A stretch of DNA of 64,000 bases, from positions 6,272,001 to 6,336,000 of the forward strand of contig OY759599.1 in the NCBI GenBank assembly GCA_963662465.1, read 5' to 3'. This stretch comes from Desulfatiglandales bacterium. GTDB lineage: Bacteria > Desulfobacterota > DSM-4660 > Desulfatiglandales > Desulfatiglandaceae. Position numbers and translations under genes: made by a program. Positions 8,274-18,624 of the stretch are shown here, one piece after another. Position 1 is the stretch's first letter. The number at the start of each line of letters is the position of its first letter. The notes beneath the pieces are model-generated. The model saw only the letters and a list, made by a program, of their open reading frames with translations. It searched no databases and had not been told where the DNA came from.

Positions 8274-10433
8274 TTATTCTAAAGGGTGAACCGGCATAAA
8301 AGGCGGTTCACCTTTTTTTTTGAGGGTGTCAGCCAGATCCCCATATTTTTTTGATCTGCATTGACATTCTGTGGCAAGAAGAGCGAGAAGATCTTTCCGG
8401 TATGAGAGGCGGAGGTTGTTCAGTGGCGCGATATCTTCCGCCATCCAATCCGTGAATGTTCTAATTCGTGCCGGGTTTCCATCAAAAATATTGAAAAAGC
8501 GGGTCATAGCTTGATCCTTTTTTTTCGCCATTCCCCTGGAAGCGTAGAGTTCTGCCATATAGAGCAGGGCGAGGGGATTATTCCCATCAAGGGCCAAAGA
8601 TTTTTTGAAATGAATCAATGCTTTTCCCCCCTGATTGTTCAATTTATAAGCAAGACCCAAGAATGTCATTGTTTTGGGGTCCAGGGGGTCCTTTTGGATG
8701 GCCTTTTTAAAATTTTGGATTGCCTCATCCGTCCTTCCCCGAGCCATGAGTAGAAAGCCCAGGGCGGCATAACCTGATGCAACCCTTGGGTTGCCCTTAA
8801 TGGCTTTTTGAAATTCTGATTCGGCTTCATCATAATGGCCGTTTTTCATCAACCGTATCCCTTTGTTGATGTGGGTTGGCAGGAAAAGGGGTTGAAATCG
8901 CAATGCCTGTTCATAATGAAATGCGGCCATTTTATCATCCCCCAATTTTTCATGGATTGCACCGATATTATGGTGGGTCCAGGCATTGGCTGCCAGATTG
9001 TTTTTATTCTCTTTGGAAAGGGCAATCATGTATTCTTCCAATGCTTTCAGGTGCAGATTCTTCTTTCCGTAAACCGAGCCCAGGTTGTTGTGGGGCCTGG
9101 GGAGGTCCGGGTATTTTTTGACGCAATCCAGGTATAATCTATAATCCGTTTGCCAGACCATGTTTCGCATAAATGTGCTGTGTCCCCAACTGATGGGAAT
9201 CAAGACCAGCAATGCCCATAAGACCCCTTTGATGATTCCCTTGTTGGAGAAAAACCGTATTCCTTTCAGGAGCAAAATGATGATGGGCGCAAAAAAGAGC
9301 ATGGAAGGAAGATAGTTTCGATGTTCAAAGATGAGTTCCACCGGGAAAATCGATCCCTCTATGAGATGATTGAGGAAAAAAAATATAATGCAAAAGCCTA
9401 TGAAAGGTCGTTTTCTGAAGGCGGTCAGGGTGATTCCCAGGAGTACCAGCATTGCAAGAATGGAAATGATGGTTGAGGGGGGGGTGAAAAAACCGGTGGA
9501 AAGAATTATATCATGCTCGAAGCATAATCGATTGGGCATGGGGTATAAGAGCAGGGAGATATAGAACAGGATCACTCTGGGTTCCGTCAACAACCTCTCC
9601 CCCAATGTAAACCCCCTGTTCCGGTAGCCGGAAATGAGGTTTTCCGGTTTGAAAATGGATGGTCCGGCCAGAATCCATGCAAGGGCGAGGCAGATAAGGA
9701 GGATAATGCCTAGGAAAAACGCATATCGTATGAGGTTTTTTCGGGTTGCGCCCTGGATGAGAAACAGATCAAAAACCAGGAGGATGACGGGCAGCATGAC
9801 GGCATTTTCTTTTGATGCGATGGCCATGAGGCCGCAGGTGAAGCATAAGAGGTAATAGATGAATTTGGATGAATTTCGTTGCGAAATTTTTCCTTTGAGA
9901 TAAAAATACATGGACATAATAAAGAACAATGCCGCCATGATGGCCATCCGTTGGACGATGTAGGTGACGGCTTGGGTCTGAATCGGGTTAAGCGCCCAGA
10001 AAACAGTGGAAAAAAGAGCGACGGCATAGGCGTCAGGTCCATATCTTATTTTCAAAATGGGCAAATTCAGGGTTTCAACGATAAAGAGAAAAAGAAAGAA
10101 AGAGGCCAGAAAATGGATGGCTAGGTTGACCATATGGTAGCCGTAAACATCGGTTCCACCGGAATAATAATTGAGTGCAAAGCTCAGGCATGCCGCAGGT
10201 CTGTATAGTTTTCCCTTTCCGTCCCAAGAGGCGTAAAAGGTTTTCTTGATATTGTCCATGCTCAATTCGGTGAGGTGGAGCGGTTGGTTTTTGAGAATAT
10301 TGTTTACATCGTCAAAATGCCATGACGCGTTAAACGTGTTGGAATAGGCGAGTAAAACGAGGACAAACAGGGAGATGAAGGCAAAGAGATTTTTCCGGCA
10401 TGGTGAGAGTGATATTTCGGGTTGCAGGTTCAT
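8274..10433 (-). CDS. TMTC-like GT-C membrane glycosyltransferase with C-terminal TPRs
   Basis: Loop WHFDD..., YRP, AVTYIVQR, SKENA and EHRNYLPS motifs; about 11 TM segments; multiple TPRs. Confidence 0.85.
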   Translation of the reverse strand: MNLQPEISLSPCRKNLFAFISLFVLVLLAYSNTFNASWHFDDVNNILKNQPLHLTELSMDNIKKTFYASWDGKGKLYRPAACLSFALNYYSGGTDVYGYHMVNLAIHFLASFFLFLFIVETLNLPILKIRYGPDAYAVALFSTVFWALNPIQTQAVTYIVQRMAIMAALFFIMSMYFYLKGKISQRNSSKFIYYLLCFTCGLMAIASKENAVMLPVILLVFDLFLIQGATRKNLIRYAFFLGIILLICLALAWILAGPSIFKPENLISGYRNRGFTLGERLLTEPRVILFYISLLLYPMPNRLCFEHDIILSTGFFTPPSTIISILAMLVLLGITLTAFRKRPFIGFCIIFFFLNHLIEGSIFPVELIFEHRNYLPSMLFFAPIIILLLKGIRFFSNKGIIKGVLWALLVLIPISWGHSTFMRNMVWQTDYRLYLDCVKKYPDLPRPHNNLGSVYGKKNLHLKALEEYMIALSKENKNNLAANAWTHHNIGAIHEKLGDDKMAAFHYEQALRFQPLFLPTHINKGIRLMKNGHYDEAESEFQKAIKGNPRVASGYAALGFLLMARGRTDEAIQNFKKAIQKDPLDPKTMTFLGLAYKLNNQGGKALIHFKKSLALDGNNPLALLYMAELYASRGMAKKKDQAMTRFFNIFDGNPARIRTFTDWMAEDIAPLNNLRLSYRKDLLALLATECQCRSKKYGDLADTLKKKGEPPFMPVHPLE
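8285..8321 (+). terminator. Rho-independent terminator for the pilin transcript
   Basis: GGTGAACCG-N10-CGGTTCACC followed by T9; lies within the 3' end of the convergent gene. Confidence 0.75.
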
Positions 10434-10760
10434 GTGTTTGTCTCCATGTCAAGACTTCAATGGATATTGCCGTAAAAACAATATAGCGCTTTCAATTTTC
10501 ATGTAATCCATAAAGGACATGGGGTCAAGGATGATCATTTCACCCTTTGCCGAAATAAATTATTATGAAAATCAATTTTATGCCCTGGTTTTAAAAAAAA
10601 CATGAATGCCTTGAGATTCTAAATGTCATGGATCCCGCTCATGGCCAATGTCATCGGGATTGTTTTTTCCGCCGTATTTGTTTATATTATTAATGATATT
10701 TGAACATTCCGGGCGCTAAAAAAAAGCTAAGGGTTCACATAAACCGAAGGGGTCGTAATT

Positions 10761-11686
10761 TTGAAGCTGGATATTGTTATCCCCATCTACAACGAAGAGG
10801 AAAACCTCCAGGTCCTGCACGACAGGTTGAAGCATGTATGTGACGGGTTGGAGGATGTTTCATGGCGGGTTATATATGTAAATGATGGAAGTCTCGACCG
10901 TTCACTTCATATGATGCTCGCCCAGGGTCGGGGGGATTCAAGGTTTACCACCATTGAACTTTCCCGCAATTTTGCCACCAGGCCGCCATTGCAGCGGGTC
11001 TGGCCTGTGCGGACGGTGATTGTGTGGTGACCATGGATGGCGATCTTCAGGATCCACCTGAAATCATCCCCGAATTGTTGGATTGCCGGCGGAAAGGGGC
11101 CGGCATCGTTAGAGCCCAGCGCCGCAGCCGCAAGGAAACCGGGGTGCGTCGATTGGGGTTCGATATGTTTTACAGGCTTTTTACGTGGATCAGTGATTTT
11201 CCCATTCCCCCCCATACGGGCATTTTCGGGTTACTTGATAGCCGGGCTGTGGATGAATTGAACAAGTTGCCGGAGAAAAACCGCTTTTTTCCCGGTCTCA
11301 GGAGTTGGGTCGGTCTTCGGCAGGAAGTGGTCTATTACGACCGGCAGGATCGGGCCGGCGGAAGCCCGAAGCAGTCCCTAAACAGGTTGATCCGTTATGC
11401 TCTGGATGCGATATTCAGTTTTTCCTACAAGCCCCTGAGAATTATGACGGGTGTGGGCGCGTGTATCAGCGCTCTTGGTTTTTTCCTGGCCTGTTTTTTC
11501 ATTATTAAGCGGCTCCTGGGCATTGAAATTGCTCCTACCGGGTTTACGACGTTAGTGACCGTGGTGCTTTTTCTGGGCGGCATTCAGCTTATGGCCATCG
11601 GGTTGTTGGGGGAGTACCTGGCTAGAATTTATGATGAAGTAAAGCAGCGGCCCCTCTTTATTATCAAGAACCGTCATGGTGTCTGA
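10761..11686 (+). pseudogene. GtrB/ArnC-like polyprenol-phosphate GT2, frameshifted near 10975
   Basis: The two ORFs 10761..11030 and 11024..11686 join into one GT2 (VIPIYNEE, VNDGS, SRNFGHQAA, DGDLQDPP, two C-terminal TMs) if one G is restored in TTTGCCAC. Could be a sequencing error. Confidence 0.85.
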
Positions 11687-11689
11687 TCC

Positions 11690-13762
11690 ATGAAACTTCT
11701 CACCGCAAAAACCGTGGCGCCGTATCTTTTGATCATCACGGCATTTGCCGTGTATCTCAGTACGATGGCCCCGACGGTTTATCTGGGTGACAGCGGCGAG
11801 TTGACCGCCGGGGCCTTTGCCCTCGGTGTTCCCCATGCCAGCGGATATCCTCTTTATTCCCTTCTGGGAAAAATTTTCTGCATGCTTCCCCTGGGAAATA
11901 TCGGGTTTCGGATGAATTTGATGTCGGGGGTTTTTTTAACCCTTACAGTCTGGTTGGTTTATGTGATCATCCTGAGGGTTACATCCTCTGCTTTGCCGGC
12001 GGTAACAGCAGCCCTTTATCTTGCGTTTACGCCGCTTTTTTGGTTCCAGTGCGTATCCGCGGAGGTTTATCCCCTGCATGTTTTTTTTGTGGCATTGATG
12101 ATAAAATTGCTCTGGGATTGGGATAAAAATGGGGAATTTCGTTTTTTGCTGCTTTTTGTTTTTGTGACCGGACTCAGTTTCGGCAACCACATGCAGACCG
12201 TGATGTTGGCGCCGGGGGTTTTATTCCTCATTATTTCCAGGGATAAAAAGGTGCTTTTTCGTTTCAGGTATTTCATTGTCATAACCCTGTTTTTTGTTCT
12301 TGCCCTTACCCTCTATCTCTATCTCCCCATCCGTACGGATGCCGGCGCTGCCATTCATTGGGGTGATCCCAATAGCCTTGATCGTTTTTGGGACCATATA
12401 ACGGCACGAACGCACAGGGGGAAATACATTTTCAGCAGCGGTCCTACGGAATACCTTTCGAGGACCCTGGCGGCATTGCAGCTCTTCAGCAAGCAATATG
12501 GCATCCTTCTTTTGTTTGCGTTTTGGGGGTGGCTGAAGCGTTTGCCCACGCGGTGGAAAATATCGGTTATCCTGGTGTTCATTTTTGATTTGCTCTATTC
12601 TGTTTTTTTGAATGTGATAGCGTTTAAATTTACGCCGTTTATGCTGCCCTCATTTGTCGTGATTGCCGTACTCATGGGGCTTGGTATTGCTGATGCGCTC
12701 CAAACGATGATGACTTATGATAAAATCAATATAAAACTTAAACGAACTGTTCAATTTGCCTGTTGCCTGCTGCCGGCAATCCCCTTTTTTTCCGGGTATG
12801 GCCTATGCAATCAAAGCTGTAACTACATGGCCTACGAGCATGCCGTAAATATTTTCAGGACCCCCGAATATGCCGGTACTGTTTTCCTGGATGGGGACAA
12901 TAACATCTTTCCAGCGGTTTATGGGCGGTTGGTCGAAGGAATGGGGGATGATATTACCGTATACGATCGGCTCAACCTTATTTTCAGATGGTCCGTCAAT
13001 GATGCGTCGTTTAGTGTTAAGGGAAAATGGAACGAAATTAAAACCCTTGTGGAAAAGAAAATCATTGAAGAAAAAGCGGAAAAAGGGGTCTATTATGCGG
13101 TTTTTGACCCCTTTTCCATTCCATTGCCGAGTGAATTTCGTGCAATCCCCTATGGCGTTTTGTGGAAAGTTATTCTTCGGGGGCCACCGGCAAAGACGGA
13201 TGTTTCAATTGGTTTGTGGGATTACTACTATAAAGAAAGCATTCACGACCCCTTCCAGAAGGATTTCATGAATCGAAATATACGTGCGCATTATTATTTT
13301 TTAAACTATGCCCAAGACCTGTGGCAGGCGGGTCGGATTGGTGAGAGCCTGAAGAATTTGGAAATGGCATCCAGAATTGCCTACGATGACGCATCCGTTC
13401 ACTCAAACATTGCGATTTTTTTTATCAAGAGACGCCTTTTTGATGCAGCGCAGCAAGAACTTGAAAAAGCAATGCTTTACCAAGGGCATGCTAATTTGAG
13501 CGGCATCTTCAATAACTGGGGCTATTTTTACCATGAGAAAGGTGAATATGAAATGGCTGCGGCCCATTTGCAAAAGGCTTTGCAGGAAAGTCCTAATAAT
13601 TTAAGTTATCTAAATAATATTGGGTTTGCCCTGTATGAGGCGGGTAAAAAGGAAGCGGCACGAGAGGCTTTTGAAAAATCGCTGACCATTAACAAAGATC
13701 AGCCGGACATAAAGGCCTTCATGAAAAAGAAAGGCCTCCAAATAGGAAAAAGAATTGACTAG
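11690..13762 (+). CDS. DUF2723 (TMEM260-like) GT-C glycosyltransferase with TPRs
   Basis: GDSGEL...LGVPHASGYPLY and AEVY motifs, multi-TM, GDN motif, C-terminal TPRs. Confidence 0.85.
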   Translation: MKLLTAKTVAPYLLIITAFAVYLSTMAPTVYLGDSGELTAGAFALGVPHASGYPLYSLLGKIFCMLPLGNIGFRMNLMSGVFLTLTVWLVYVIILRVTSSALPAVTAALYLAFTPLFWFQCVSAEVYPLHVFFVALMIKLLWDWDKNGEFRFLLLFVFVTGLSFGNHMQTVMLAPGVLFLIISRDKKVLFRFRYFIVITLFFVLALTLYLYLPIRTDAGAAIHWGDPNSLDRFWDHITARTHRGKYIFSSGPTEYLSRTLAALQLFSKQYGILLLFAFWGWLKRLPTRWKISVILVFIFDLLYSVFLNVIAFKFTPFMLPSFVVIAVLMGLGIADALQTMMTYDKINIKLKRTVQFACCLLPAIPFFSGYGLCNQSCNYMAYEHAVNIFRTPEYAGTVFLDGDNNIFPAVYGRLVEGMGDDITVYDRLNLIFRWSVNDASFSVKGKWNEIKTLVEKKIIEEKAEKGVYYAVFDPFSIPLPSEFRAIPYGVLWKVILRGPPAKTDVSIGLWDYYYKESIHDPFQKDFMNRNIRAHYYFLNYAQDLWQAGRIGESLKNLEMASRIAYDDASVHSNIAIFFIKRRLFDAAQQELEKAMLYQGHANLSGIFNNWGYFYHEKGEYEMAAAHLQKALQESPNNLSYLNNIGFALYEAGKKEAAREAFEKSLTINKDQPDIKAFMKKKGLQIGKRID

Positions 13763-15575
13763 GCAGAATGACAGGCTTGTGGTTTTTGTTATATTTTTTG
13801 TGGCCGTTGCCCTGCGTCTCCTTCATTTTTCTTCAAGTTCCGAAAATCCCCTCCTGTATATGCCCGTGTTGGATGAACGCTATTATATTGATTTAGGCAA
13901 GGATATTGCCGCAGGTCACTGGGTCGGAGAGGACCGAGTTTTTTTTATGGACCCGCTCTACGGCTATTTTCTCGGGGTTATATTTGGACTTTTTGGGGAC
14001 AACCTCACCACCGTCAGAATTATTCAGATTCTTTTTGACGCCCTCAATGTACTGCTTATCTATACCATAGGGAAAAAGGTGTTGAGTCGGTTTGCCGGTA
14101 TTTCAGGCGCCTTGTTCTATGCCTTGTACCCGGTTGCTTTATTTTATACCCTCTTGATCCTGAAAACCACCCTTTCCATAACCGCATCCCTGGCCTTTGT
14201 TTTGTTGCTGTTGGTTGCGCTGGAAAAAAGCCGGAAGATGCATTGGTTAAACCTTGGACTTCTGGCCGGCGCCATGACTTGTCTCCGAGCAAATTTTGTT
14301 CTGGTGGTGCCCTTGACCATCCTTTTTTGCCTTTTCTTGAACAAAAGCCCGTGGCGAGTCGTCATGGGACAGTCGTTTCTTCTTTTTGCCGGATTGGTTA
14401 CCGTGCTTTCAGTGGGTGCCTTGCGAAATTACCGGGTCAGCAACGATATTGTGTTTTTCAACAGCCAAGGTGGCCGTTTGCTTTACAGTTCGAATAACCC
14501 GGAAAATATCACCGGCCTTTATAAGACGCCATCATTCGCCCGTCCCGATCCTGAAGCCTCGGAGCGCGATTTTCACAGGGAAGCTGAATTCAGGCGGGGT
14601 GAGGTTCTTAGCCAGAGACAAGTTTCCAGGTACTGGACAGGCAGGACCATTGGGTTTTTGGTTAATAATCCAGTTATGATACCGACCCTTCTGTACAATA
14701 AATTCAAAAGAACCCTGGGGAATTGTGAAATTGCCAATAACCATTCTTACTATACCGCCTCAATTTTTTCTCCATGGATAAGATGGCCAAAATATTGCTT
14801 TGCGTTTGCACTGGCTCTGGGGGTGCCGGGTTTGGTAATGGGTATTCGAAGAAACAGGGAAATTGCCGTGTTTCTGATACCGGTTTTGACGGTGCTTGCA
14901 ACGGTCCTTGTTTTTTATACCTCATCCCGCTTAAGAATGCCCCTTGTGCCGTTTTTATTGATTGGAGCAGCCATTTTTCTAAACATTACCATGGAGTGGA
15001 TAAAAAAAAAAGAAACGCCAAAAATTCTGGTGGCGTTACTCTCCATGGTTATCCTTGGCTGGCTATCTTTGTCGGTTCCCTGCCCGAAAGAACCGGGTCG
15101 GGAACAGTTTATTCTTGCCAAGGCCTACCTTCGGCAGGGAGATCTTCATAAGGCCAGGCAATTGGCCTTGAAAGGAAGAAAGGCTTTCCCTTCTCAGACG
15201 AGATTCCTAATTTTATTGGGAATGATCGCCATATCAAGCGATCTCCCGGATCAGGCCATTCAACATAACCGGCGTGTATTGGCCATTGAACCTGAAAACG
15301 TTGATGCCCATCACAATATGGGTGTGGCGTATTTATCCATGAAAAAATCGGAACAGGCCGTCACATGGTTCCAAAAGGCCCTGGCCATTGAAGAGAGAAC
15401 GGAAACGCTGTTCTGGCTGGCAAAGGCATATGAGGAAGGTGGTCATTATTCATCAGCTAGAAAAAAATACGACAAATTCCTCAGCGCTTCCAAGAAGGCA
15501 GATCCGCTAAGGGGAACGGCAATTGACCATTTGGAAAGCCTTAACCGGTTACAGAGGCGTTATGGAAAAGAATGA
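13755..15575 (+). CDS. PMT_2/GT39-like membrane glycosyltransferase with TPRs
   Basis: N-terminal TM then LDERYY acidic loop, PLYGYFLG, RLRMP; C-terminal TPRs. Confidence 0.8.
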   Translation: MTRQNDRLVVFVIFFVAVALRLLHFSSSSENPLLYMPVLDERYYIDLGKDIAAGHWVGEDRVFFMDPLYGYFLGVIFGLFGDNLTTVRIIQILFDALNVLLIYTIGKKVLSRFAGISGALFYALYPVALFYTLLILKTTLSITASLAFVLLLLVALEKSRKMHWLNLGLLAGAMTCLRANFVLVVPLTILFCLFLNKSPWRVVMGQSFLLFAGLVTVLSVGALRNYRVSNDIVFFNSQGGRLLYSSNNPENITGLYKTPSFARPDPEASERDFHREAEFRRGEVLSQRQVSRYWTGRTIGFLVNNPVMIPTLLYNKFKRTLGNCEIANNHSYYTASIFSPWIRWPKYCFAFALALGVPGLVMGIRRNREIAVFLIPVLTVLATVLVFYTSSRLRMPLVPFLLIGAAIFLNITMEWIKKKETPKILVALLSMVILGWLSLSVPCPKEPGREQFILAKAYLRQGDLHKARQLALKGRKAFPSQTRFLILLGMIAISSDLPDQAIQHNRRVLAIEPENVDAHHNMGVAYLSMKKSEQAVTWFQKALAIEERTETLFWLAKAYEEGGHYSSARKKYDKFLSASKKADPLRGTAIDHLESLNRLQRRYGKE

Positions 15576-16311
15576 ATATAGGATTATGCACGATATTGAA
15601 AGGACCTATTGGTGGTTTAGAGGAAAACAATTTTTAATAGACGTGTTCTTAAAAAGGTATTTGAGTGAGTCGAAAGATAACAAGTTGTTGGATATTGGGT
15701 GTGGAACCGGTATTATTCTGGAACTTATGAAAAAGCATGGCAGCGGATACGGGATCGAGCTTTCGGCACTGGGTATCAAAATGTTGAAGCAAAAAAATCT
15801 AAATTTGCTTGTTCAATCCGATGCTAATCGACCTATGCCATTCAAGGATGATGTATTTTCGGCAATAACATGCCTTGATGTTTTAGAACATCTTGATAGT
15901 GATTTTGAGCTTTTAAAAGAGATGGTTAGAATATGTAAGCCGGGAGGGGTCATTGTTATCACAGTACCGGCAATGCGTTTTTTATGGAGTATTCATGACG
16001 AGGCCTTGCATCACAAGCGACGATACACTAAGAAACAATTGCTAAATCGGATTGGAGCTCTGAACTGTACAGTGGTTAAATCCAGTTATTTCAATTCATG
16101 CCTATTTTTTCCAATTGCTTTCGTAAGACTCATGAAGTCGCTTTTTAGAGATGGGAAGGTGGTTAAATCCGACTTCTTTATGGCTCTCCCTAAATGGTTG
16201 AACAGAACCCTGTATTTTTTTTATTCAACAGAGCTAAATTGTTTGAGATTTACAACCATTCCGTTTGGTCTATCTGTTCTGCTGATAGTTCAAAAACCTG
16301 AAACAAACTAA
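15562..16311 (+). CDS. Class I SAM-dependent methyltransferase
   Basis: LDIGCGTG, LDVLEHL, TVPA..LWSIHDE...HKRRY; start moved to the ATG at 15562. Confidence 0.88.
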   Translation: MEKNEYRIMHDIERTYWWFRGKQFLIDVFLKRYLSESKDNKLLDIGCGTGIILELMKKHGSGYGIELSALGIKMLKQKNLNLLVQSDANRPMPFKDDVFSAITCLDVLEHLDSDFELLKEMVRICKPGGVIVITVPAMRFLWSIHDEALHHKRRYTKKQLLNRIGALNCTVVKSSYFNSCLFFPIAFVRLMKSLFRDGKVVKSDFFMALPKWLNRTLYFFYSTELNCLRFTTIPFGLSVLLIVQKPETN

Positions 16312-16321
16312 CTGCCAATAA

Positions 16322-18616
16322 TTGACGAATATGACTGGAAGCAAACAGAAAGTTCAAAGCCTTGTTGTCATCTGTTTTCTTGTGGTAATCGCAATCGCTT
16401 TTTTCGGCAAAGTAATTTATTCAGGGGATACGCTTTATGGAAGCGACTTTCTGCTCTATTTTTACCCCATAAAACGTTTTGTCTATGATTATTTTTGTAC
16501 AAATGGGTCCCTTCCTTTTTGGAATTCCAATCTTTTTTCAGGAACGCCATTTATTGCCAATATTCAAGCATCCATGTTTTACCCTTTAGGGTTTCTGTAT
16601 TACCTGCTCCCCACCGAAATCGCCTATCTCTATGCCACCATCCTTCACTGTATACTCGGCGCTGTCTTCATGTACATGCTTATGCGAACCGTATCCGTGT
16701 CTAAAGCAGGTGCCTTTGTATCGGGTTTTATCTTCATATTTAACGGCTATTTTATGGCACATCTGTATGCTGGTCATCTGACTTTTGTGCAGAATTACAT
16801 ATGGATCCCCCTTATCTTTCTTTTCCTGATTCGCTTTATGAGAACAGGAAGTTTTAAATATGCAGTTGTAGCAGGCATGGGATTGGGTATTCAAATTCTG
16901 GGAGGATTTCCCCAAATCGCCTTTTATACAATCCTGGCAATCATGGCATATGTCCTGTTTTTTGCGGTAGGTCGCATACGAAAGGGAAAACCTGAAAGCG
17001 CCATGGGTTCAGCTATGGCCGTAGTCATCATATTATGTGTCGGTTTCGGTCTGGCGGCGGTTCAAGTGCTGCCGACTCTTGAGTTTTCAGGGCTTTCAGG
17101 CAGGGCCGGTGGTGTCAACTATGGATTTGCGACTTCCGATTCTCTGGATTTTGGAGATCTTTTCGCTTTTTTATCTCCTGAAATTTTTGGAAATGCCATT
17201 GATCATACTTATTGGAAAAGTCCTGAGAGATGGCATTTTTGGGAAACATGTGCCTATGTGGGCCTATTGCCGCTGCTGCTGATTTTTGTGAAAATTGAGA
17301 GCGGGCGATTGCGTCGCTTGAGGCTGTTCTGCATAATCTTGATTTGTGGTGCCATGTTTGTTGCCTTTGGCAAAAACAACCCTTTTTACCCAATGGTATA
17401 TCAATTGCCGGGTTTCGGAAGTTTTCGCATTCCAGCACAAATTATCTTTTTGTACATATTCGGTATTGCAGTTTTGGCGGGAATGGGTCTGGACCGGTTG
17501 GGGGATTCGGATGTTATGCTTAGCAAGTGGTTTGCACCTTTCATTTTCTTTGCAGGCGGCCTCTTGTTTTTTTTGCTGATTGGGCTTTATTTTTTTCCAA
17601 ATGCTTTATTTTATTATCTTTTTAAAACTTTTTCTTCCGGAGATGTTTCAAATATCAATATGGGAGAGCTTTATGTCAAAACTTGTCTTTCAGTTCAAAA
17701 AAGTATCCTGGTTCTATTTGGATCGGTTTTGCTGATTTTGTTTAGAAAAAGTCAAAAGCTCAACCTGCGCGTTTTCAAGGCAATGGCCATAGCGATTATT
17801 TTTGTGGATTTATGGCTGTTTTCAGGAGGATTCATCAGGCCCTGCCAAATTGAAACCGGTCCGGTCAAAAAAGAACTTATTTCAGGATTGAATAAATGCC
17901 CTGCCCAAGGGAGGGTGGCGGCCTGGGGCGACTTGTTCATGCCCAATGACGGCCTCAGGTATGAATTTCCATCTATATTAGGTTATGATCCCCTGATCTT
18001 GAAGCGGTACATAAAATATTTTGAAACGAGCCGGAATCGGCCTTCCAATGACCATGTGATTGTTCTTTTTCAGATGAAGGACCCGGGTGCAAAATTATTA
18101 CATCTTCTTAATGTAACGCAAGCCGTCCCCAAAAAAGAAATCATATTTGTTGAGAACAATCCCATCCCATACGCAAATTTTGTGGGCCATGCCCTTGTGA
18201 AAAACACCGACGAGGTCCTTCCATTTATGAAAAGTGAGGCCTTTGATCCATCAAAAATGGTTATTTTTGAACGGGAATATGCCCCTGGATGCCTGCCTGA
18301 AGCGGGAACGGAATCCCCAGAAGGGTCATTTACCATTATGGCTTATGAAAACCATGCCATACGGTTGAAGACGTCATCTGACAGGGCCGGTTTTCTGGTA
18401 CTCAGCGAAATATTTTATCCGGGATGGCAGGCAACGGTTGATGGGGAAAAAGTGCCTGTTTTTCGTGGAAACTATATCTTTCGTGTGATTCCACTAAATG
18501 GGGGAGAACATGACGTGGTCTTTGAGTTTGTCTCCCGCCCCTTTCAGATTGGGGCCATCATCTCCTCACTGACTTTTTTGGTTTCCCTGCTGTTTTTCGT
18601 GAGGCGAAAAAGATAA
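16322..18616 (+). CDS. YfhO-family GT-C membrane protein
   Basis: GSDF..YFYP, PFWN...SGTP, FRIPA and C-terminal LSEIFYPGWQATVDG. Confidence 0.85.
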   Translation: MTNMTGSKQKVQSLVVICFLVVIAIAFFGKVIYSGDTLYGSDFLLYFYPIKRFVYDYFCTNGSLPFWNSNLFSGTPFIANIQASMFYPLGFLYYLLPTEIAYLYATILHCILGAVFMYMLMRTVSVSKAGAFVSGFIFIFNGYFMAHLYAGHLTFVQNYIWIPLIFLFLIRFMRTGSFKYAVVAGMGLGIQILGGFPQIAFYTILAIMAYVLFFAVGRIRKGKPESAMGSAMAVVIILCVGFGLAAVQVLPTLEFSGLSGRAGGVNYGFATSDSLDFGDLFAFLSPEIFGNAIDHTYWKSPERWHFWETCAYVGLLPLLLIFVKIESGRLRRLRLFCIILICGAMFVAFGKNNPFYPMVYQLPGFGSFRIPAQIIFLYIFGIAVLAGMGLDRLGDSDVMLSKWFAPFIFFAGGLLFFLLIGLYFFPNALFYYLFKTFSSGDVSNINMGELYVKTCLSVQKSILVLFGSVLLILFRKSQKLNLRVFKAMAIAIIFVDLWLFSGGFIRPCQIETGPVKKELISGLNKCPAQGRVAAWGDLFMPNDGLRYEFPSILGYDPLILKRYIKYFETSRNRPSNDHVIVLFQMKDPGAKLLHLLNVTQAVPKKEIIFVENNPIPYANFVGHALVKNTDEVLPFMKSEAFDPSKMVIFEREYAPGCLPEAGTESPEGSFTIMAYENHAIRLKTSSDRAGFLVLSEIFYPGWQATVDGEKVPVFRGNYIFRVIPLNGGEHDVVFEFVSRPFQIGAIISSLTFLVSLLFFVRRKR

Positions 18617-18624
18617 ACGCCGCA

